Positions 56,897 to 64,000 of a stretch of 64,000 bases of DNA are shown one piece after another. The DNA comes from an uncultured Clostridia bacterium (GTDB taxonomy: Bacteria > Bacillota > Clostridia > Oscillospirales > Oscillospiraceae), in contig CALYRG010000002.1 in assembly GCA_945482615.1 (NCBI GenBank), forward strand, positions 3,605 through 67,604, in the 5' to 3' direction. Below the pieces are notes generated by a model. It was not told where the DNA came from and ran no database searches. It saw only the letters and a program-made list of their open reading frames with translations. The translations under genes were made by a program, and so were the position numbers. Within the stretch, counting starts at the first letter, position 1, and each line of letters opens with the position of its first letter.

Positions 56897-57676
56897 CTAT
56901 TCTCTTCCGCTGTTGAAGCTGGGAACAAAGTCCTCTCCCAGCACTTCCCCTTTTTTCATATGGTCCCGCAGCTGCTCCAGCAGCACCGGGTACAGCCGCA
57001 GGCTTCGGTTGAACCTGACCAGCAGCTCACTGACCATCCGGGTATACTCCGGCACCGGTTCCGTGGGGATGAACTGCTCGGCAAGGCTGGGCTTGATCCG
57101 CTTCAGAAGCTTCTCCCGCTTCTGACGGTTGCCTCCCGCCAGAAAGCCGTGGCTCAGGGCCATGCTCTTGACGGCATAACTGACGTTGGAGCCGGTGGCA
57201 GGAGGGTAGAACGCCGCCACGGTCATGCACTCTCCTCTTGTCAGGCGGATATACCGCTTCATGGAGTGGGCGGCGGGATTCACGATCCCATCCTTCTCCA
57301 TCAGATAGCGGTCAAACTCCATTTCCAGCAGCACGTGTCCTGCCTGACCGGATTCTGCCATCCGGTTTACAAAGGGGTGCACCGTAGAGTCCAGGGTGTA
57401 GTGTGCCAGGAGGCCATACAGGTAGACCAAAGCCGCCTCCGAATCCGCCGCCTTACAGGCGTGGGTGAAGAACTGCCGGCCGGGCATGTTGTGATAGGAA
57501 TACCCCAGCTGACGTATGGCGTTTTTCATCAAGGGATTGTAGAAGAAAAAGATATCCGGCCCCTGCAGTCCCATATCATAGACCCGGCGGAACCGCTGGA
57601 CACACTGGCGCACATCCGCCGGAAGCTCCGGCAGCAGGAGTTTGCCGAAGCGGTAATGGGCATAAAAGGATGCCAT
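56897..57676 (-). CDS. Zinc-dependent phospholipase C family protein
   Basis: MASFYAH, GLQGPDIFF, HYTLDSTVHPFV, H..LE.EFD. Only the last ~260 codons of the 1334-aa ORF appear real. Confidence 0.8.
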   Translation of the reverse strand: MASFYAHYRFGKLLLPELPADVRQCVQRFRRVYDMGLQGPDIFFFYNPLMKNAIRQLGYSYHNMPGRQFFTHACKAADSEAALVYLYGLLAHYTLDSTVHPFVNRMAESGQAGHVLLEMEFDRYLMEKDGIVNPAAHSMKRYIRLTRGECMTVAAFYPPATGSNVSYAVKSMALSHGFLAGGNRQKREKLLKRIKPSLAEQFIPTEPVPEYTRMVSELLVRFNRSLRLYPVLLEQLRDHMKKGEVLGEDFVPSFNSGRE

Positions 57677-57862
57677 CCGATCACCTCGCTTTATTGGGTC
57701 TATTCTACACCATCCGGGAAGAAAAAGCCAGAGGTTTTCGAAAATAATCTCCGGCAGTTCATGCGTATGTAAAATTTGGAAAAACCGTGGATTCCGCCGG
57801 AAAAATGTGATATACTTTTCCCGAAAGCATCTGAACCATGTAAGAAAAGGAGACATTTTGCC

Positions 57863-59014
57863 ATGCCCACACGGAAGCTGTATTACGAGGACGCCCATCT
57901 GAAATGCTTCACCGCCCAGGTACTCTCCTGCACCCGGACGCAAAATGGCTGGGCAGTCACCCTGGATGCCACCGCTTTCTATCCCGAGGGCGGCGGACAG
58001 GCAGCGGACACCGGAACTCTGGGGGACGTCCGGGTGCTGGACACCCGGGAGCAGGGAGAAGAAATCGTGCACCTGTGCGACGGCCCGCTGACTGCCGGTG
58101 CCCAGGTGGAGGGCTGTATTGACTACGGCCTGCGCTTTGCCCGGATGCAGCAGCACAGCGGCGAGCACATTGTCTCCGGAATCCTTCACCGCCGCTACGG
58201 CTGCCACAACACCGGCTTTCACATGGGCGGCGACGGCATCGTTACCGTAGACTTTGACGTTCCCTTTCCCGAAAAAGACCTCCCCGCCATTGAAGCAGAG
58301 GCCAACGCCGCCGTATGGCAGGATCTGCCGGTTCGCTGCTGGTACCCCGGTGTGGAGGAGCTGCCCACCATTGCCTACCGCAGCAAAAAGGCCCTGCCCT
58401 GGCCGGTGCGGATCGTGGAGATTCCCGGCTTTGATCTGTGCGCCTGCTGCGGAACCCACGTCCGGCGTACCGGCGAAATCGGCCTCATCAAGCTCCTGGG
58501 GACGGTGAACTTCCGGGGCGGTACACGGATGGAGATGGCCTGCGGCCAGGCAGCCTTCCAGCTGCTCAGCCGTGCCTACGCCCAGAATATCCAGGTCAGC
58601 CAGGCCTTCTCCGCCAAGCCCATGCAGACCGGAGAGGCCGCCCGGCGGATGAACACCCTTCTTGCCCAGCAGAAGTACCGCTGCGGCCAGCTGGAGCGGA
58701 GAATCTTTGACAGCCTTGCCGCCGCTTATGCCGAGCAGGGAAATGTGGTCCACTTTGAAGAAGGGCTGGACGGTGCCGGCCTGCGGGAGCTTGCCGACCG
58801 GATCGCCGCTTCCTGCGGCGGCATGGCAGCAGTGTTCTCCGGCACGGATGATGCGGGCTACGCCTTCTGTCTGGCTTCCCGGAGGGAGGATCTGCGGCCT
58901 GTGTGTCAGGCGCTGACCGCCCGCTTCCCCGGCCGGGGCGGCGGCAAGCCCGGCTTCCAGCAGGGCAGAATCGCCGGCACAGAGGAACAGATCCGGGCGT
59001 ATTTTCAGTCCTGA
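57863..59014 (+). CDS. AlaX-type aminoacyl-tRNA editing protein with a DHHA1-like tail
   Basis: FYPEGGGQ..DTG, MQQHSGEH (HxxxH), CCGTH (CxxxH), GRGGGK. Confidence 0.88.
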   Translation: MPTRKLYYEDAHLKCFTAQVLSCTRTQNGWAVTLDATAFYPEGGGQAADTGTLGDVRVLDTREQGEEIVHLCDGPLTAGAQVEGCIDYGLRFARMQQHSGEHIVSGILHRRYGCHNTGFHMGGDGIVTVDFDVPFPEKDLPAIEAEANAAVWQDLPVRCWYPGVEELPTIAYRSKKALPWPVRIVEIPGFDLCACCGTHVRRTGEIGLIKLLGTVNFRGGTRMEMACGQAAFQLLSRAYAQNIQVSQAFSAKPMQTGEAARRMNTLLAQQKYRCGQLERRIFDSLAAAYAEQGNVVHFEEGLDGAGLRELADRIAASCGGMAAVFSGTDDAGYAFCLASRREDLRPVCQALTARFPGRGGGKPGFQQGRIAGTEEQIRAYFQS

Positions 59015-59113
59015 CCGAAGAAGGAATCCTGTTTCCCTGCATTTTGTCAACCAAAAGGCTGCGCTTCGCTGCATACGCAAGGCCCAGCCTGCACCAGAAA
59101 AGAGGCTTAACAG

Positions 59114-61102
59114 ATGGAAAAACGCACCTTCACCCCGGAGCAGCTGCACTATCTGCGGCTGCTGTCCAGTCAGTATCCCACGGTTCAGGCGGCCGGCGCA
59201 GAGATTATCCGGCTTCAGGCCATTCTGAATCTGCCCAAGGGCACCGAGCATTTTATGTCGGACATCCACGGCGAGCACGAGGCCTTCCTGCACATTCTCA
59301 ACTCCGCCTCCGGCGAGGTGAAGGAGAAGCTGGAGGAGCTGTTCGGCAACACCATGACCCAGCGTGACCGGAACGATCTGGCCACCCTGATTTACTATCC
59401 CGCCGCCAAGCTGGCCCTGGTGGCTGACGAGAACGACAACCTGGAGGAGTGGTACCGGCTGACCATCCACCGGCTGGTGCTGCTGTGCCGCCACGTCTCC
59501 ACCAAGTACACCCGGAGCAAGGTCCGCTCCTATATGCCCCAGGATTACGAGAGCATTCTCGACGAGCTGATCCATCTGGCAGAGGAGGGCGGCTCCCGCC
59601 GGGATCAGTACGAGAATATCATCAGCACCACCATCCGCATCGGTCAGGCGGCGGATGTCATTGCGGCTATGTGTCTCGTCATCAAGCGTCTGGTGGTGGA
59701 CAAGCTGCACATCGTGGGGGATATCTTTGACCGCGGCCCCCGGGCGGACATCGTCATGGACTCCCTGCTGAACAGCGAAAACGTAGACATTCAGTGGGGC
59801 AACCACGATGTCCTGTGGATGGGCGCCGCCTCCGGCTCCCGGACACTGGTGGCCACCGTGCTCAGCAACTCCATCCGCTACAACAACCTGGATGTGATCG
59901 AGACCGGCTACGGCATCTCCCTGCGGCCTCTGAGTATTTTTGCCAATGAAGTGTATAAAGACTGCAACACCAGGCAGTTCAAGGTCAAGCTCACCGGAAC
60001 CGACGCAGACCAGTACACCGAAAAGGACAAGCTGCTCTCTGCCCGGATGTACAAGGCCATTACCATTATCCTGTTCAAGCTGGAGGGGCAGAAGATTCTG
60101 CGCCATCCGGAATATGGGATGAACGACCGGCTGCTGCTGGACAAGGTGGACTACGAAAGCAAAACCGTCCGCATCGGAGACAAAACCTACCCTATGCTGG
60201 ACTGCGATTTCCCCACCGTAGACCCCGCCGACCCCTACACCCTGACGGATGAGGAAAGCCATGTCATCGACCAGCTCACCGACTCCTTCCACCACAGCGA
60301 AAAGCTGCAAAAGCATATCCGGTTCCTCTACTCCAAGGGCGGCCTGTACAAGATCAGCAACGGTAACCTCCTGTTCCACGGCTGTATCCCCATGACCGAC
60401 GACGGCAAGCTCATGTCCTTCACCATCGGCGGCAAGCCGCGCTCCGGCAGGGACTTTCTGGACTATGCCGAGAAAACCGCCCGGAAGGCCTACTACGACA
60501 AGCGCGGCAGCGACGAGCGTCAGATGGGCATGGATTTCCTCTGGTGGCTGTGGACGGGCCGGAACAGCCCCATCTTCGGCCGGGACCGGATGACCACCTT
60601 CGAGCGCCGCTTTATTGCCGACGAAAAAACCTGGGTCGAACCCAAAAATGCCTACTACACCTACTATCTGGACCCAAAATGCTGTGAAAAGCTCCTGGCG
60701 GAATTTGGTCTCACCGGCCCGCACTGCCACATCATCAACGGCCACGTACCGGTGAAGGTTCGCAAGGGGGAGAGCCCCATCAAGGGCGGCGGCAAGCTCA
60801 TTGTCATTGACGGCGGCTTCAGCCGGGCCTACCAGCCCACCTCCGGCATTGCTGGCTACACCCTGATTTTCAACTCCCGCCACTTCCGTCTGGTGTCCCA
60901 CCAGCCCTTCTCCGGGAAGTACAATGCCCTACACAACAATGACGACATTGAGAGCGAAAGCCAGATCTTCGAGACCCTGGAAACCCGGCTGCGCATCAGT
61001 CAGACCGACGAAGGGGCGCAGCTGCAGACCCGGATGGACGACCTGCTGCTCCTGCTGGAGGCCTACCGCACCGGCGCAGTGACCGAGAATCACAAGACCT
61101 GA
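59114..61102 (+). CDS. fbp: Fructose-1,6-bisphosphatase class III
   Basis: LNLPKGTEHFMSDIHGE, GDIFDRGP, QWGNHD, INGHVPV, IDGGFS.AY. Confidence 0.95.
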   Translation: MEKRTFTPEQLHYLRLLSSQYPTVQAAGAEIIRLQAILNLPKGTEHFMSDIHGEHEAFLHILNSASGEVKEKLEELFGNTMTQRDRNDLATLIYYPAAKLALVADENDNLEEWYRLTIHRLVLLCRHVSTKYTRSKVRSYMPQDYESILDELIHLAEEGGSRRDQYENIISTTIRIGQAADVIAAMCLVIKRLVVDKLHIVGDIFDRGPRADIVMDSLLNSENVDIQWGNHDVLWMGAASGSRTLVATVLSNSIRYNNLDVIETGYGISLRPLSIFANEVYKDCNTRQFKVKLTGTDADQYTEKDKLLSARMYKAITIILFKLEGQKILRHPEYGMNDRLLLDKVDYESKTVRIGDKTYPMLDCDFPTVDPADPYTLTDEESHVIDQLTDSFHHSEKLQKHIRFLYSKGGLYKISNGNLLFHGCIPMTDDGKLMSFTIGGKPRSGRDFLDYAEKTARKAYYDKRGSDERQMGMDFLWWLWTGRNSPIFGRDRMTTFERRFIADEKTWVEPKNAYYTYYLDPKCCEKLLAEFGLTGPHCHIINGHVPVKVRKGESPIKGGGKLIVIDGGFSRAYQPTSGIAGYTLIFNSRHFRLVSHQPFSGKYNALHNNDDIESESQIFETLETRLRISQTDEGAQLQTRMDDLLLLLEAYRTGAVTENHKT

Positions 61103-61132
61103 TGCACCACCTGCGAAAGGGGGTGTCGTTGT

Positions 61133-61933
61133 TTATCCAAGCATTACATCCAGAAGCATCATGGCAGCGAAGCCCGACACGATGCCCATGGTTGCAAAGT
61201 AGGGGTGTACATTCCGGCTGCGCTGGCACTCCGGGATCAGCTCGTGAACGGCAACCAGGATCATGGCCCCGGCGGCAAAGGCCAGGGCATAAGGCAGCAC
61301 TGCCTCCATGCGCACCACCAGCGCTGCGCCCAGCACCCCCGCCACCGGCTCCACCATCCCCGAAGCCTGACCCAGCAGGAAGCTTCGCCGCCGGGAGCAG
61401 CCCTCCCGCCGCAGAGGCAGGGACACCGCAGCCCCCTCCGGGAAATTCTGCAATCCGATGCCCACAGCGATGGATACGGCCCCCATCAGTGTCTCCGCAT
61501 CGCCGCCCCGGCCCAGGGCGCCAAAGGCCACACCCACCGCCATTCCCTCCGGGATGTTGTGGATGGTGATGGAAAGCACCAGCAGAATAATCCGGTTCAG
61601 CCGTTCGTTGGGCAGTCCTCCGGAGCTGTCTGCTCGCCGGGAGGCCCAGCACACAGCCTTGTCGGAGGCCCACATAAATACCGCTCCCAGAAGGAACCCC
61701 ATCGTCACCACCAACCAGGCCGGAAGCGCCCCATTGGCCTCTGCCCGGTCAATGGCCGGTTGAAGCAGGGACCAGAAGCTTGCCGCAATCATCACCCCGG
61801 ACGCGAAGCCCATCATGCCGTTCATGGCCTTTGGGTCGGGGGACTTGAAAAATACCACCGTGGCCGCTCCCAGCGCCGTGACCATCCAGGTACCCAGGGT
61901 CGCAAGCAAGGCCAGCAAGATAAATCGTTCCAT
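61133..61933 (-). CDS. ZIP-family (GufA/ZupT) metal transporter
   Basis: GVMIAASFWSLL, IHNIPEGMAVG, LQNFPEG, ELIPE. Confidence 0.9.
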   Translation of the reverse strand: MERFILLALLATLGTWMVTALGAATVVFFKSPDPKAMNGMMGFASGVMIAASFWSLLQPAIDRAEANGALPAWLVVTMGFLLGAVFMWASDKAVCWASRRADSSGGLPNERLNRIILLVLSITIHNIPEGMAVGVAFGALGRGGDAETLMGAVSIAVGIGLQNFPEGAAVSLPLRREGCSRRRSFLLGQASGMVEPVAGVLGAALVVRMEAVLPYALAFAAGAMILVAVHELIPECQRSRNVHPYFATMGIVSGFAAMMLLDVMLG

Positions 61934-62099
61934 AACGCACCTCCACAATCCAGTGTATGACGGCTGACAGGAGATGACACAATTCAAACGGCATGTTCCC
62001 ACCCTGGAGGACGCGCCGGGCAAATGCTTGACGCGCATTCAAAAACAGTGTATCCTAAGTATAAATCCTATGGCACACTTCCGGTCAAGGGGGTATCGC

Positions 62100-63212
62100 A
62101 TGAAAATCGGAATCGTCACCATTGTAGACCCAACGCCGAATTACGGCAATAAGCTTCAAAACTATGCGGTCGAACAGATTTTTGCCGGTATGGGCTGGCA
62201 GAGCGTCACACTTGCCCCCTGCCGTCAGAACAGAACCATTCCGCTGGCTTTGAAATATGCAGCCAGATGGTGTCTTGGCGTTGTAGGCGTTCACAGCTTC
62301 TCTCCTGAGATACGTGCCCTGTATCGGAGAATTTTCGCCTTCCGCCGGTTTGATCAGACCCATCTGCATATTCGGGAGGATCTTTGCCGCGGCACTGTTC
62401 GCCCCGAGCAATATGACTATTTCTCCATCGGAAGCGATCAGGTCTGGAATCCGGAGCAGTTCTGGGACGGCAGGGAGGATTTCTATCTGCTCCGCTTCGC
62501 AAAACCGGAACAGAAAATCTGCATCAGTCCCAGCTTTGGCGTGACCCAGCTGCCGGAAAACTGGAAGGAGCCCTTCCGTCAGGCACTGGCTTGCTTCCCC
62601 AGGCTTGCTGTGCGGGAGGCTTCCGGTGCGCAGATCATATATGATTTGCTGGGAATCCGCCCTCAGGTCCTGATCGACCCCACCCTGATGCTGGACGCGG
62701 AGGACTGGCGCAAAATCTCCAGGCCTCCCAGAACCGGCCGCCCGGAAAAGCCATATCTGCTTACCTGCTTCCTCGGTCAGGAATGCGCCGACGCTGTCTG
62801 CCGTGCAGAGGAGCTTTCCCGTGCTCTGGATCTGGAATGCCGCCATCTGCTGGACGACCGGGATCCAAGGCTGTCCGGCGCCGGACCGTCCGAATACCTG
62901 GATCTGATAGAGCATGCTCAGGCGGTAATCACCGACAGCTTTCACGCCTGCGTGTTCTCAATCATTTTCCGACGTCCCTTTGCCGTAACCGAACGAAGTG
63001 TCAATGGCCAGCCAGTGATGAGCGGGCGCATTCAGACACTGCTGGACAAGCTCCAAATATCCGACCGGCAGCTCTCCCGGCTAAGTGCACAGGAGCTGAT
63101 GCACTGCGATTTTTCAAACGTGGACACATGCCTGGCAGCAGAGCGGGAAATCATGCGGCAGCACATTGCTGCCAGCTCCGGGATCGCTGCCGGCGGAGGT
63201 GAGAAAAAATGA
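62100..63212 (+). CDS. Polysaccharide pyruvyl transferase family protein
   Basis: NYGNKLQNYA, GSDQVWNP, SFG, VRE, DPTLML, TDSFHACVFSI. Confidence 0.88.
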   Translation: MKIGIVTIVDPTPNYGNKLQNYAVEQIFAGMGWQSVTLAPCRQNRTIPLALKYAARWCLGVVGVHSFSPEIRALYRRIFAFRRFDQTHLHIREDLCRGTVRPEQYDYFSIGSDQVWNPEQFWDGREDFYLLRFAKPEQKICISPSFGVTQLPENWKEPFRQALACFPRLAVREASGAQIIYDLLGIRPQVLIDPTLMLDAEDWRKISRPPRTGRPEKPYLLTCFLGQECADAVCRAEELSRALDLECRHLLDDRDPRLSGAGPSEYLDLIEHAQAVITDSFHACVFSIIFRRPFAVTERSVNGQPVMSGRIQTLLDKLQISDRQLSRLSAQELMHCDFSNVDTCLAAEREIMRQHIAASSGIAAGGGEKK

Positions 63213-64000
63213 TCCGGATTCAAAGCAAGCGTCAATGCTGCGGGTGCACAGCCTGTATGCAGAGCTGTCCTGCCCGATGTATCCAAATGGTTACAGACCC
63301 GGAGGGCTTTCGGTATCCCCAGGCAGACGAAGCTTTGTGCCTGAACTGCGGTGTCTGTGAGCAGGTATGCCCAATTCTCACCCCTCCGCATGTCCAGGCC
63401 ACGCCGCCGGACGCCTGGGGCGCTGCAGCAAGCAGTGATGCGCTGCGCCTGAAAAGCTCCTCCGGGGGTGTCTTTGGGGTGCTTGCCCGCCATATTCTGG
63501 AAAAGGGCGGCGTTGTATACGGTGCTGCCTTCGACGACCGGCATCGTCTGCGTCATATTGCCATCGAAGCCCCGGAGCAGCTGCATATGCTGATGGGAAG
63601 CAAGTACCTGCAAAGCGATATTGGTGATTGCTTCCCGCAGATCAAAGCCCACCTGCAGGAAGGAAGAACCGTTTTGTTCAGCGGAACGGCCTGTCAGGCC
63701 GCCGGACTCCGTAAATTTCTGGGCCAGGAGGATCCTGATCTGATTATTCTGGACGTGCTGTGCCATGGTGTACCCAGTCCGGAGGTTTGGAGCACCTATC
63801 TGTCCTACCGGGAATCCCAGGCTGAAAGCGCCGCCGAAACCGTCAGCTTCCGCAGCAAGAGAAACGGCTGGCGGAATTTCTCCCTGGAGCTTGGGTTTGC
63901 CAACGGCGAAACCTATTGTGAATCCATGCGCACCGATCTTTATATGCAGCTGTTTCTGGAAAACATCATTCTCCGCCCCTCCTGCCATGACTGCCGGTTC
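63209..64000 (+). CDS. 4Fe-4S ferredoxin plus FrhB/FdhB (F420 hydrogenase beta-like) protein, runs off the window
   Basis: Manual translation: CCGCTACMQSCP..CLNCGVCEQVCP, SSSGG.F, GSKYLQS, FSGTACQ, LCHGVPS, LRPSC..C; a family commonly found next to pyruvyl transferases in EPS/capsule loci. Confidence 0.85.
   Translation, partial: MIRIQSKRQCCGCTACMQSCPARCIQMVTDPEGFRYPQADEALCLNCGVCEQVCPILTPPHVQATPPDAWGAAASSDALRLKSSSGGVFGVLARHILEKGGVVYGAAFDDRHRLRHIAIEAPEQLHMLMGSKYLQSDIGDCFPQIKAHLQEGRTVLFSGTACQAAGLRKFLGQEDPDLIILDVLCHGVPSPEVWSTYLSYRESQAESAAETVSFRSKRNGWRNFSLELGFANGETYCESMRTDLYMQLFLENIILRPSCHDCRF

Noticed and set aside
56897-60901. 1334-aa minus-strand ORF
   Set aside because: Mostly the antisense shadow of fbp and the AlaX gene; only 56897-57676 has an RBS and family motifs

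Overview
64 kb of a moderately GC-rich Bacillota chromosome. The gene set (alpha2-type GlyRS, class III FBPase, SpoIIE, TnpV, rubrerythrin) points to a gut/rumen Clostridia, probably Oscillospiraceae; this is inference. The right third (about 42.9-64 kb) is mostly housekeeping. The left two thirds is a patchwork of self-contained modules separated by spacers full of short gene and IS remnants. The modules are phnCD-like ABC plus surE, an AbrB/HipA-like pair, tnpV, mglBAC-galKTE, a KdpDE-like system with oadB/oadG and a permease, an orphan citC, arcABCD, a solute-binding protein plus hybrid kinase, DUF134-NifX plus rubrerythrin, and a VTC/DUF4956/CotH/GH/HEAT/GT2 operon. The most striking observation is below the size cut-off of the ORF track: a diverged, co-oriented ~180-bp unit on the minus strand at about 5.0, 13.6 and 20.1 kb, plus a decayed copy at 26.8 kb, each sitting at a module boundary. 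Each full unit has a TCGAC..TATAAT promoter whose -10 lies inside an inverted repeat, an 18-codon ORF M-x5-K-x-P-C-x-[IL]-[GA]-L-L-A-H-V that resembles the start of a TetM/EF-G-like GTPase, a ~50-bp imperfect dyad centred on the His-Val codons, and a terminator. I interpret these as junction (att-like) sites of a tandem, integron-like array of metabolic cassettes. No recombinase is visible in the window, so this is a hypothesis. No rRNA, tRNA or CRISPR array was seen.
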